Shown here piece after piece: positions 11,582 through 21,027 of a stretch of DNA of 53,606 nucleotides (within the stretch, counting starts at the first letter, position 1; every line of letters begins with the position of its first letter). The position numbers were made by a program, and so were the translations under genes. Location of the stretch: positions 1,512 to 55,117 of the forward strand of contig DCUY01000084.1 in NCBI GenBank assembly GCA_002327905.1, written 5' to 3'. The notes under the pieces were generated by a model. That model searched no databases, had not been told where the DNA came from, and was given only the letters and a program-made list of their open reading frames with translations. This DNA comes from a candidate division WOR-3 bacterium UBA2202 (GTDB lineage Bacteria; Hydrothermota; 32-111).

Positions 11582-12113
11582 CTGTTCAATCGGCTATGAT
11601 ATTACAGAGCGCATAGGCGGAGATGTGACAGGATTTTCTATGCCTGCATATACAACAAGATTCTATTCCGATTCGGAAGATGATTTTACAGTGCAGACAA
11701 TGTTTGACACAATCATTGACAATCAAAATTACAAGGAAGTGTATTTCAACAGAACTCTTGTTCTTCTTCTCTATTCGGAGCAGTATATATACAGAAGATT
11801 TGAATTTGCAGGAACGGACATTGTCGCTCCATTTTTAAATCAGGTGGTGATAGAGGGAATGAAGGATTATAAAAAATCGGAGAACTCAATCTATTCATAC
11901 GAATATAATTTCAGAGTAGATTCTCTGAAGAGTCTTGCAATAAATGATGCTCTTTATGACAATTGCTATTTTGTGACAACATCAGTGAAAGTCATCAAAG
12001 GAGATGCGGATACTTCATTCATAAACAAGTATGCTTTAACTCATGAAGATGGAATAATAGGAATTTTCTTTGAAGATTCATTTATGCTTCTGGACAGCAT
12101 TGTTTCCAATTAG
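11529..12113 (+). CDS. Hypothetical lipoprotein
   Basis: MAKAISASVLLSVLLFFSC lipoprotein signal. Confidence 0.7.
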   Translation: MAKAISASVLLSVLLFFSCSIGYDITERIGGDVTGFSMPAYTTRFYSDSEDDFTVQTMFDTIIDNQNYKEVYFNRTLVLLLYSEQYIYRRFEFAGTDIVAPFLNQVVIEGMKDYKKSENSIYSYEYNFRVDSLKSLAINDALYDNCYFVTTSVKVIKGDADTSFINKYALTHEDGIIGIFFEDSFMLLDSIVSN

Positions 12114-12574
12114 AAATACTTTACAACCATAGAGCAGATTCGGAGGAGAAATTCCTTATCATCATCCGTAAACGGAGCTATCTTATGCGAATCTATGTCA
12201 AGCTCTCCGACGACATTTCCGGCTTTCAATATGGGAAGCACAATCTCCGATTTGACTGTGGGTGAGCATGAGAGATAATTTAATTCCTTGGATACATCCT
12301 GAACTATGAAGATTCTCTTCGTCTCTGCCGCCTGTCCGCATATTCCGATTCCGAATTTTATCCTTGTATGCACTGTGGGTGCGCCGGAGAATGGACCGAG
12401 CACAAGATTGTCTGCGCCTTCAGTCAAGTAAAATCCCACCCAATTATAATGCTCAACATTATCTTTGAGTATGGTGCAGATGAACTGAAGTGAAGAATCC
12501 CTGTTGTTTTCTGAATTAATCTTCTCTCTTATCTGTGAAAGAATCTTGTCGAAAATCTGTTTTTGTGACATCAT
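12110..12574 (-). CDS. GAF-domain protein, free methionine-R-sulfoxide reductase (MsrC/YebR)-like
   Basis: NWVGFYL, LGPFSG, GICGQAA, YLSCS, SEIVLPI, GELDIDS. Confidence 0.85.
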   Translation of the reverse strand: MMSQKQIFDKILSQIREKINSENNRDSSLQFICTILKDNVEHYNWVGFYLTEGADNLVLGPFSGAPTVHTRIKFGIGICGQAAETKRIFIVQDVSKELNYLSCSPTVKSEIVLPILKAGNVVGELDIDSHKIAPFTDDDKEFLLRICSMVVKYF

Positions 12575-12665
12575 AACTCCTTTTAAGTATTATAGCATAA
12601 ATTATAAAATATTAAATATACAACTTGCTTAAGAAAATAAAAATCACAATTTTGCAAATATCTTT

Positions 12666-13424
12666 TCAATTGGATCTGAAAAATATTGTAAGACCTGCCT
12701 GTCCCCCTAAATAGAAATCATTAATTTGAGACACATCAAACCCTGCCATGACAGAGGCATACGGCATTATATGGATGTTCTTCCATGTTTTTAATTCAAA
12801 GGTCGATAAAAAAAACATAGTTAGTCTCTCATAAATAGGGCTCATCATAAAATCAGAAGCGACTCTGGGTTCAATGTTTTGGTACTCCAGAATTAATTTA
12901 AGTGAATATCCTCCTAATTTCATCGATTGATAGAGATTTAATGATGAATATACACCCCAGTTATAAAAACCCAAGTAACTGAATAATCCTCCATATTCAA
13001 TTATTGAATCATCTACAACAGTTACCGATTGACTTCCGAAATCCGTAAGAACGAACCCTCCTGCCTCAATGCTTATCTCTCTGCTCTTGTCCGGAGATTG
13101 CACAATCAGTTTTGATATTCCGGAAGAAAGAGAAGTTAATAATATAACGGTTCTCACGCTGAAAGAGAGATTATAATCATTAGGCAGACCGATTCTGCCG
13201 TAGAGGTGAAGCGGAGGATACCATAAATCTTCTATAGTTGAGTCAGTACCCGCACTATTTATATAGTTCTTTTGATATCCTGCATCTGAGCCGACGCCTA
13301 TTTCAAATTTTTTTGGTTCAAGAGTCTTTGCTGAAAAATAATACCCAGCACAGTTTGAAAAGAGTATAAGTATAAATATTAAAATCAGTGACATGAAATA
13401 TAAAGTTTTTCTCTCATGTTTCAT
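12666..13424 (-). CDS. Hypothetical lipoprotein/outer-membrane protein, paralog of 15050-15763
   Basis: AGGAGG-5nt-ATG at 13424; FSNC lipobox; beta-rich; C-terminus GGQAGLTIFFR. Confidence 0.75.
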   Translation of the reverse strand: MKHERKTLYFMSLILIFILILFSNCAGYYFSAKTLEPKKFEIGVGSDAGYQKNYINSAGTDSTIEDLWYPPLHLYGRIGLPNDYNLSFSVRTVILLTSLSSGISKLIVQSPDKSREISIEAGGFVLTDFGSQSVTVVDDSIIEYGGLFSYLGFYNWGVYSSLNLYQSMKLGGYSLKLILEYQNIEPRVASDFMMSPIYERLTMFFLSTFELKTWKNIHIMPYASVMAGFDVSQINDFYLGGQAGLTIFFRSN

Positions 13425-13901
13425 TTTCACCTCCTGATAACAAAATCATATCACTTTCCGCATGCAAGTCAATACGGGATGAAGTTCTATAGAGTGTGTT
13501 ATAATTTCTGGATTGTTATTCTTGAGAGGGAGTCATAATTTCATAAAATCCGTCAGAACGCTCTTGGGTATAAGCAATACATAATATCAAAGATATTGAC
13601 AAGTGCTGTTTTTAGATTATGCTGAATTCAATGAAATGGTGTAATGTGTTATTGGTATCATATTATACTGAGAAGATTAAAAAGTCATTGGGGCATACAT
13701 CCTTAAGACTATCTTCGGTTATTGCCCCCCCCCACTTGCGCATTCTCTGTTTTTGATTATTCTCCAATCATCAAAATTGAAATTTATAAGAATATGGGGA
13801 CACCCTCTTTTAGAAGTGTCCCCCAAAAACAAATATATTCTTTGCCTATAGTTTAAAATCAAAAGAGAATGTTTGGTTAAACAATTAGAAGGGAATTTGA
13901 A

Positions 13902-15002
13902 ATGAAAAAGAATTTATTGATTTTGCTTTTCATATTTTTAATCATATCAAGTTGTAATTGTAACCTGTTCAACAATGATGACCTTGGCAATACACCGCTT
14001 GATATACCGGATTATGTTCTATATGGAATGCTACATACAAACGGAGTGGATTATATAACAGTTATTGATATGGAAAAAGATTCCATTGTAGGATATTACA
14101 GGGTAACGAAAGAAGGGGAATATATAGGCGATTTTTGTTTAGGAAGTGACAATCTTCTTTATATAACCATCAGTCCTTTGGAGAAAATAAGCAGTGAAAT
14201 AAGAATTTTTGATCCCAAAGAGGGGAAGATAGTAGGTAAGATAATAGATGAATATAGTCCTGAAATAATTTTTCCTCTTCCCAATGATGAAGCATTTGTA
14301 TTTCATTATTTTGTTCAAGCAGGTGATAGCGCAACTACTAATAGCATTCTTGACTTAAAAAACAAAATTGTCATTAAAAAAATAATCTCAAATCTTGGTG
14401 GTCCTGGTTATAAGGAGATTTTTTGTTCTCCATCCAATGATTATTGGATATTTTCGAATTTCCCAGTATCAGATGATACTTACATCATAGAGTTCCTTGC
14501 GGGACCGGATACTCTTGGAGAAAGAATTTTGTTCAAGAAAGACTACAATGGTTCAAATATTGATCCAACACTTACCAAATTTGTATCCGATACTAAAATT
14601 TACGCAAGATGTGATGAAATATTCGGAGTTGTAGTTTATGAATTTCCTTCCGGAGAGCCTAAGAATATTATTCCCCTTGAAATTAAACCTGTTGACATTT
14701 TAGCTCTTCCTAATGGCAGAGTATATGTTGCGCAATATGATTATTATGGACTCGAAACCACTGACAATTACATCACTGTAATTGATGCGGAGAGTGATGC
14801 AGTAATAAAGAGAATTAATGTGTGTCCCGGACCTGATTATTTAGCGTATTCGGAAGCGATGAATAAATTGTATATGGGTTCTCTGTATGAAAACAGCATT
14901 GCTGTTGTTGATCCAAATACAGATTCTTTGATAAAATTGATAAAGGGTGATTCGTTAGGTTCCGACCTGAATCAATATTTTCGATTAATACCAAACAAAT
15001 AA
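13902..15002 (+). CDS. Lipoprotein with YncE/YVTN-type beta-propeller
   Basis: IISSC lipobox; repeats ITVIDMEKDSIV, ITVIDAESDAVIKRI, IAVVDPNTDSLIK. Confidence 0.75.
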   Translation: MKKNLLILLFIFLIISSCNCNLFNNDDLGNTPLDIPDYVLYGMLHTNGVDYITVIDMEKDSIVGYYRVTKEGEYIGDFCLGSDNLLYITISPLEKISSEIRIFDPKEGKIVGKIIDEYSPEIIFPLPNDEAFVFHYFVQAGDSATTNSILDLKNKIVIKKIISNLGGPGYKEIFCSPSNDYWIFSNFPVSDDTYIIEFLAGPDTLGERILFKKDYNGSNIDPTLTKFVSDTKIYARCDEIFGVVVYEFPSGEPKNIIPLEIKPVDILALPNGRVYVAQYDYYGLETTDNYITVIDAESDAVIKRINVCPGPDYLAYSEAMNKLYMGSLYENSIAVVDPNTDSLIKLIKGDSLGSDLNQYFRLIPNK

Positions 15003-15049
15003 GAGAATTTGATGGCATTATTACAATGAAAATACTAATGGAGGCATGA

Positions 15050-15763
15050 ATTAAGCATAAAACATTTATTTTACAGGTTCTTGCAATTTTATTACTTACA
15101 AATTGTGCAACATATTACTTTTCTTCGAAAAATCTTGAATCAGAGAAATACGAGGCTGGATTGGGAGTGAATAAGAGTTTTCAAAGAGAATATTCAATTA
15201 ATGACGGTATTCATTTTATAAATGACGGAGTATGGTCGGCTCCTCCGATTTATATTTACTTAAAGGCGGGACTTCCACAAAGGTATAATCTCTCCTTTGG
15301 CTTAACCTCTAATTTCGTTTCAACAGGTTTGACTGCCGGCTTATCAAAGAGAGTAAAACAATTTTCAGATAATAAATCAGAAATAAGCATTGGAGCAGGA
15401 GGAACGGCAGTTATAGTTCCTAAACAATTCTGGCAGATTCCGGAACCTGTAGGCATTGACAGGATAATTCCGGATTTTGTAAATTGGGGGGTATATTTTT
15501 CAGTTGATTATTTCAAATCAATGAAAGATGATGGGTTCTCCTTGAAGTACATTATTGAGTACCAGCACGCTGACAGTTCAATGTTTGATTTCACTAATGT
15601 GTTTGATAATGTTAATAATATATTTTTCTTTGCGTATGAAAAAAAAATGGGAAAATCATTTCACATTATGCCTTATCTATCCATGTCAATCGGATTTGAT
15701 ATATTTACAAAAGGAAATGTTTACTGTGGAGGAGCCGCCGGTATAACACTTTTCTTTAGATAA
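15050..15763 (+). CDS. Hypothetical lipoprotein/outer-membrane protein; ATT start or start-codon mutant
   Basis: In-frame extension IKHKTFILQVLAILLLTNCATYYFSSKNLESEKYEAG upstream of TTG 15161 matches the paralog N-terminus; GGAGG 5 nt before ATT. Confidence 0.7.
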   Translation: MKHKTFILQVLAILLLTNCATYYFSSKNLESEKYEAGLGVNKSFQREYSINDGIHFINDGVWSAPPIYIYLKAGLPQRYNLSFGLTSNFVSTGLTAGLSKRVKQFSDNKSEISIGAGGTAVIVPKQFWQIPEPVGIDRIIPDFVNWGVYFSVDYFKSMKDDGFSLKYIIEYQHADSSMFDFTNVFDNVNNIFFFAYEKKMGKSFHIMPYLSMSIGFDIFTKGNVYCGGAAGITLFFR

Positions 15764-15843
15764 CTCGATAATAAATCTGACTTGCAGACAGAAATCTTAA
15801 ATATAATATTCCAAAATTCTAAAAACCGGTGAATAGCTCCTGA

Positions 15844-16480
15844 TTATCTTCTGTTCTTTTTCAAAGAGAGAGTGGCGCCTGTGATGAAGACTAATGAAAA
15901 TACAGGCATCATAATTATAGTGGGATATATCATTTCAAAGCCCCAGACTCTTATGAATATCGAACGGAGCGCGTCAACAGAGTAATATGCAGGCATAAGG
16001 TAAGAGAGAGGCCGTATCCACTGCGGAATAGCTTCTACAGGCCAGAAGATTCCTGCGAGAAGCACAATAAGCGGGAGCATCTGAACTGCCTGTATTTCAC
16101 TGTCACAATAGAGGATATTAAAATACCGAAATTCAAGCTCAATACAGCAAGAAGAAAGATTACAAAGAATGCGAGGAATATGTTTCCCATAAATGTTGTT
16201 TTAAAGACGAATAATGCACTGATTATGAGTATCCCAGTCTGAATATTTCATACACAAAAGCATATCCCGAGACAATCTCTATCTCCTTTAAGGGGGTTGA
16301 GAGGAGACGCTCAAGGACTCCTGATTTTCTTTCAGTGACAAAGGCGAGTATTGTGAGAAGAGTTGTCAGGAAAGATACTGCAGAACTCATTATACCGGGG
16401 CTAAAAAATCCATAAATTTTGAGTTTTTCCCGCTCCATTCGGGCTCAATAAACCGAAGATATCTCCTTCATTGAATGAGA
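15844..16480 (-). pseudogene. ABC-2 transporter permease remnant
   Basis: Fragments FSPGIM...ERKSGVLERLLSTP and LLAGIFWPVEAIPQWIRPLSYLMP in separate frames, with stops and missing internal segments. Confidence 0.85.
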
Positions 16481-16732
16481 GTCTCTGCAAAAAAAATGAA
16501 TCATATTTCTTCTGCAGATCTTGTATGTCGATTGTTTTACTTTTTTCCATCAGGAAATTGTTCCCCGCTATGCTGTTTTATCGAAAGGACACAGAGAATC
16601 AGCATTGACGCTGAAATGTTTATTATGGATTCTGTGATTAATAATAAATCCTTGTCCGTGTCTGCAAATAACTTATTGACTAATATTTGTTTTGAAATAT
16701 AATAATCGGTAATACAAATTAGGAGGTGGAAA

Positions 16733-17413
16733 ATGAAAAAGTTCAAAGAAGATTTCAAAACAGGTGTAATAATTATAATATTCTCAATTTTGCTTCTCAT
16801 GTGCGGTTGCTCTCTTCTTCCGTCATATATTGATAAGAACAATATCATGGATTATTTCCCTGATATGCGGGAGGGTGTCATAAGAAATTACAGAATCACC
16901 CATTTGTGGATTGAAGAAGTATATGATACAATTTTGAATGAAAGTACAGTGGACACTTCAATTAGTGAATCGAGCATGGTAGATGAAATATTAAGAGTTT
17001 TTAAGTCGGACAGTATTTCATTTTTCACTTGCAAGGTAATAGAATTCCCGGATAGTTTCGCAGTGACATATATTTATAATAAAGATGCGGGTGTTATGGT
17101 GATTTCAGGCGATACCATTTACGATTCAACTGATCGAATTCTGTTGAAGACTCCTATTGAAAAAGGAAATACATGGGGTGATGATTCGTGCGAATCAGAG
17201 ATTTTAAAGACTGATAGCACATATGCAGAGGACAATGTTGAAGCCACAAATGTCATTGTTGTTAAAAGAGAATTTATGTCAGATTCACATGAAGTTTATC
17301 AGGAAGGGTGCTACTCCGGAGGATTAGGCGAAGTAAAATTTTTTCAAAGAATCATATACGAAGATGGAATTCAAGAAATTACTGGGGAGCTGATTGACTT
17401 TTTGTATCCATAA
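16733..17413 (+). CDS. Hypothetical lipoprotein
   Basis: LLLMCGC lipobox; SD AGGAGG; TTGACT...TATAAT promoter at 16676-16703; ILLKTPIEKGNTW motif. Confidence 0.75.
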   Translation: MKKFKEDFKTGVIIIIFSILLLMCGCSLLPSYIDKNNIMDYFPDMREGVIRNYRITHLWIEEVYDTILNESTVDTSISESSMVDEILRVFKSDSISFFTCKVIEFPDSFAVTYIYNKDAGVMVISGDTIYDSTDRILLKTPIEKGNTWGDDSCESEILKTDSTYAEDNVEATNVIVVKREFMSDSHEVYQEGCYSGGLGEVKFFQRIIYEDGIQEITGELIDFLYP

Positions 17414-17495
17414 CTGTTAATTTAAAAGGCAGGAGATTTCATCCTATTGACAATCGGAAATCCCTGATATAAGATTATAAAAATAGGAGGAGTTA

Positions 17496-18440
17496 TTGAA
17501 AATATTTAAAATTCTGCAAAAAACATTCTTCATTTTTATAATTTTAAGTCTTTTAATGCCAGCAGGTTTTATATCTGCAGAAAATGACCTGCAAATTCTA
17601 TTTCATGACTTTTTTCAGGACTTCATCAATTTATATCCTGAGTGGGGAGTTGAGACAGGCATTACTGAAGACATGGGATATTCTCTGCGCAGAGACACTC
17701 TCAATGATATCTCCTACGATACTGCGCTCAGAGAGATAAATATGTATGAGGATTATCTTAAAAAACTGAATGCGATAGAGAGTAAAAATCTTTCAGAGCC
17801 GGAAAAATGCGACTATGATGTTTTGAAATGGTATCTTGAAATAATGATTGAGAAGAAGGATTTTCTCAACCATGATTACCTTGTGACGCACATGTTCGAC
17901 ATACCTCTTTGGACAATTACGAATTTAGTCGAATACCAGAATGTGAATACAAAAGGCGATACCGAAGCATACATTAAGAAACTCTCCCTCTTTGATTACA
18001 AAATGAATCAGCTTGTTGAGAGAGTCAAAGAGCAGGAGGAGGCGAATATCATACCTCCGAAGAAAATATTTGAAAGAGTCGATAAGACAATATTAAATCA
18101 GATTCCCGATACTCTGAAAAACTGCGAACTTTACAAATCATTTGAAAGAAAGATAAAGGGGGCGAAATTAAGCGACAAAGAGAAGAGAGATTATCTGGCG
18201 GGGCTGGAAGAAGAATTTAGCGCGGCAAGCTTAAAAGACAAAACAGTCTCCGGCATTTCGAATATGAAACAGGTCTTTCTGAGCGCAGATGAACTTAATA
18301 CTGTAGTAATGCAGGGCGGCTACAATTTATACAATATTAACGGAGGAAGAATCAGTGTAGCAGAGGCAAAGGGAGTCTATTACATTACAGAAAAAACATC
18401 GGGCAGAAGAATTGCAAAGAAAATTATTCTGCTTTATTAA
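17496..18440 (+). CDS. Secreted chimera: DUF885-family N-terminal part fused to a T9SS-CTD-like tail
   Basis: Signal peptide; PEWGVETG, DTLNDIS, AYIKKL, IIPPKKIFERV resemble DUF885; tail YNLYNINGGRI...KGVYYI...KKIILLY; promoter TTGACA-N17-TAAGAT at 17447-17475. Confidence 0.65.
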   Translation: MKIFKILQKTFFIFIILSLLMPAGFISAENDLQILFHDFFQDFINLYPEWGVETGITEDMGYSLRRDTLNDISYDTALREINMYEDYLKKLNAIESKNLSEPEKCDYDVLKWYLEIMIEKKDFLNHDYLVTHMFDIPLWTITNLVEYQNVNTKGDTEAYIKKLSLFDYKMNQLVERVKEQEEANIIPPKKIFERVDKTILNQIPDTLKNCELYKSFERKIKGAKLSDKEKRDYLAGLEEEFSAASLKDKTVSGISNMKQVFLSADELNTVVMQGGYNLYNINGGRISVAEAKGVYYITEKTSGRRIAKKIILLY

Positions 18441-18452
18441 ACAGGAGTGATT

Positions 18453-19019
18453 ATGAAATACTTTAAAAAAGTAATCGGAGAAAGATGTTACTTAAGCCCA
18501 ATAAATCTGAGCGATGCGGCGCAGTATTGCGAATGGCTTAATGATTTTGAAATCTCAAAGAATCTTATGGTCAATACACAGATGCTTCAGGAGGATAATG
18601 AGAGAAATATTTTAAGCGGAATAATAGACAGAAAGGATTATGTCTTTGCAATAGTGCTGAAAGGTGAGGATAAACTAATCGGCAATACGGGCATCCATAA
18701 AATCAATCATATTGACAGAAAATGCGATGTGGGAATATTCATCGGAGACAAAGACCACCTAAGCAAAGGATACGGCACAGAGGCGATGAATCTCACTCTT
18801 GATTTTGCATTCAATATACTGAATATGCATAATGTAATGCTTGAGGTCTTTGCATACAACAAGAGGGCGATACATTCCTATGAAAAATGCGGATTCAAAG
18901 TCATAGGGAGCAGGAGAGAATCAAAGGAGATATGCGGCAAAAGGCATGACATAGTCTTCATGGATATACTTCGAGAAGAATTCAAATCACCTTATTTTGA
19001 GAAGGAGTTTAATAAATAG
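18453..19019 (+). CDS. GNAT acetyltransferase (RimJ/RimL family), copy 1
   Basis: SKGYGTEAM acetyl-CoA motif; NKRAIHSYEKCGF. Confidence 0.92.
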   Translation: MKYFKKVIGERCYLSPINLSDAAQYCEWLNDFEISKNLMVNTQMLQEDNERNILSGIIDRKDYVFAIVLKGEDKLIGNTGIHKINHIDRKCDVGIFIGDKDHLSKGYGTEAMNLTLDFAFNILNMHNVMLEVFAYNKRAIHSYEKCGFKVIGSRRESKEICGKRHDIVFMDILREEFKSPYFEKEFNK

Positions 19020-19664
19020 CTATGCGGATTATTGAATCAATAGGCAGAAAGAATTCAAATATTGCACGGAAGAATCTGAAAGAGGAAGACTGATGAAATA
19101 TTTTAAAAAAGTAATCGGAGAAAGATGTTACTTAAGTCCGATAAATACAAATGATGCTTTGAAATTTTGTGAATGGTTTAATGATTTTGATATCACAAAA
19201 ACAGTATCAATGAATACCATGATGCTTCAGGAGGAGAGTGAGAAGAGACTTTTACAATGGATTGTTGGAAGAAACAGCTTTTTATTTGCCATAGTACTTA
19301 AAGAGACTGATGAAATAATAGGAAATTCGGAGATAAGCGTGTCAAAGAATACCGACTCATTAGGTGAAGTGGGAATAACAATAGGAGACAAAAACTATCT
19401 AAGCAAAGGATACGGCACAGAGGCGATGAATCTCACTCTTGATTTTGCATTCAATATACTGAATATGCATAATGTGATGCTTGAGGTCTTTGCATACAAC
19501 AAGAGGGCTATACATTCCTATGAAAAATGCGGATTCAAAGTCATAGGGAGCAGGAGAGAATCAAAGGAGATATGCGGCAAAAGGCATGACATAGTCTTCA
19601 TGGATATACTTCGAGAAGAATTCAAATCACCTTATTTTGAGAAGGAGTTTAATAAATAGCTATG
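18759..19664 (+). repeat. 266-bp direct repeat (18759-19024 / 19399-19664)
   Basis: Two mismatches by eye (18836 A/G, 18869 G/T); offset 640 bp. Confidence 0.93.
19093..19659 (+). CDS. GNAT acetyltransferase (RimJ/RimL family), copy 2
   Basis: Same motifs; C-terminal half identical to copy 1. Confidence 0.92.
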   Translation: MKYFKKVIGERCYLSPINTNDALKFCEWFNDFDITKTVSMNTMMLQEESEKRLLQWIVGRNSFLFAIVLKETDEIIGNSEISVSKNTDSLGEVGITIGDKNYLSKGYGTEAMNLTLDFAFNILNMHNVMLEVFAYNKRAIHSYEKCGFKVIGSRRESKEICGKRHDIVFMDILREEFKSPYFEKEFNK

Positions 19665-19706
19665 AAAAATGCATGTTTTATCAATCACATTTCCTAAGGA
19701 GCAAAT

Positions 19707-20054
19707 ATGAAGATTGAAGAGTTTAAGAAAGAACGGGAGAGACTGAACAAAATAATAATGAAACATTCGGACACTGTGACAAAAAGGTTCTTTGCGCTTG
19801 ACACTCAGACATATCAAGCCGGAGCTTTGAGCGCCAAACAGAAAGAGCTTATGGGCCTTGTATCTTCAATAGTTCTAAGATGCGATGACTGCATTCTGTA
19901 CCACCTTATAAGGTCAAAGGAAGAAGGAGTCACTGATTCTGAATTGATTGAGACTGCAGATATTGCCCTTATTGTGGGAGGTTCGATAACGATTCCGCAT
20001 CTTCGGAGAATGTTTGATAAATGGACTGAATTAAAAAACATGGAGGAAAAATGA
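19707..20054 (+). CDS. Carboxymuconolactone decarboxylase/AhpD-like protein
   Basis: GALSAKQKELMGL...LRCDDCILYH, VGGSITIPH. Confidence 0.9.
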   Translation: MKIEEFKKERERLNKIIMKHSDTVTKRFFALDTQTYQAGALSAKQKELMGLVSSIVLRCDDCILYHLIRSKEEGVTDSELIETADIALIVGGSITIPHLRRMFDKWTELKNMEEK

Positions 20055-20254
20055 ACGAAGAAAATTCAAAAAAACTCTACAGGTCAGCTTCAAAGAGAAT
20101 GATAGGCGGAGTCTGCGCAGGTCTTGCCGAGTATATGAATACTGATGCGAATATTGTCAGGATAATCGCCGCACTCGTAACTCTTTCTACCGGCGCATTT
20201 CCGGGGATAATTACATATTTAATCGCTTGGATGATTATACCTGAAAAGGACTAA
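20051..20254 (+). CDS. pspC: PspC domain protein
   Basis: KKLYRS...MIGGVCAGLAEY...D..IVR...YLIAWMIIP. Confidence 0.9.
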   Translation: MNEENSKKLYRSASKRMIGGVCAGLAEYMNTDANIVRIIAALVTLSTGAFPGIITYLIAWMIIPEKD

Positions 20255-20279
20255 AGAGAGGAGAGTGTCTCCTCTCTTT
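20253..20279. terminator. Bidirectional intrinsic terminator
   Basis: AAAGAGAGGAGA-GTG-TCTCCTCTCTTT between convergent genes. Confidence 0.75.
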
Positions 20280-20290
20280 ATATTTGTATT

Positions 20291-20980
20291 CTATTTTTTT
20301 GGTTCTTCGTTTTTGGGAACAAGCTTCAGATTCAATCTTTTTAGTATCTCTTCAACATCCATTTTCACAACATTTCCATTAGTTGTCTTATGAGCAATGT
20401 CGATTTTCAATCCTCTCTCAATATTTTTGAAGAAGTCTTCTTTTGACAATTTGGCTTCAACCACGCCGGAGACCTCCACCTTATCAAGCTGTTCGTGGTG
20501 CTTGCTTATAAAGAGTTCTATTGGTAAATCTCCAATATTGAAGACTCTTCTGAAATTGGATTTAACCTCTTTTTCACTTCCCGCTCTTGTAGTGGTTTCC
20601 ATATCGGAGCCATTGTTGAAAACAGAGTAAACAGATACAAAAGGAATATCAGTGAGTCCCATGAATTTCTGCAATTTATTGGGAATGTATTGACTGATTA
20701 CTATATAAACATTCTTCTCCGCGTCAAAAAACGCCTGATGGTAATTCGGAAAAGCAAATCCTTCAAGAGTGTACTCTCCGATTTTTTCGTATTTTCTTTC
20801 AGTATATTCCTTGTTCTTCTTCATAAAAAATGATGTTGTCATGCCTGCAGGCATAATAGGCTTAGTATTGATTTTAAATAATTCGGGAACAGAGAAAGTT
20901 TCATTCAATTTATTCATATAGAAAGCCCATCCCGCGAATCCGAGTCCCCCCAGAATGATTACGGCAAATAAAACTCCCAT
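20291..20980 (-). CDS. Hypothetical membrane-anchored protein
   Basis: SD GAGGTG before ATG 20980; N-terminal TM helix. Confidence 0.7.
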   Translation of the reverse strand: MGVLFAVIILGGLGFAGWAFYMNKLNETFSVPELFKINTKPIMPAGMTTSFFMKKNKEYTERKYEKIGEYTLEGFAFPNYHQAFFDAEKNVYIVISQYIPNKLQKFMGLTDIPFVSVYSVFNNGSDMETTTRAGSEKEVKSNFRRVFNIGDLPIELFISKHHEQLDKVEVSGVVEAKLSKEDFFKNIERGLKIDIAHKTTNGNVVKMDVEEILKRLNLKLVPKNEEPKK

Positions 20981-20991
20981 ATGCACCTCAC

Positions 20992-21019
20992 AAAAAGGGG
21001 GCTTAAAAAAGCCCCCTTT
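20992..21019 (-). terminator. Intrinsic terminator after the trpS-membrane protein pair
   Basis: Minus strand AAAGGGGGCTT-TTTT-AAGCCCCCTTTTT. Confidence 0.75.
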
Positions 21020-21027
21020 CATTTAAA

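Noticed and set aside
13425-15049. Invertible segment between the inverted paralogs
   Set aside because: Paralogs too diverged at DNA level; no exact inverted repeats or recombinase seen
16475-16848. ORFs 16475-16702 (+) and 16537-16848 (-)
   Set aside because: Overlap a pseudogene edge and promoter region; no recognisable motifs
18759-19664. Diversity-generating retroelement TR/VR pair
   Set aside because: Only two mismatches, both synonymous and one not at adenine; no reverse transcriptase; both copies are complete genes
10988-20254. tRNA-anchored genomic island or prophage
   Set aside because: No integrase, no duplicated tRNA 3' end, no phage genes
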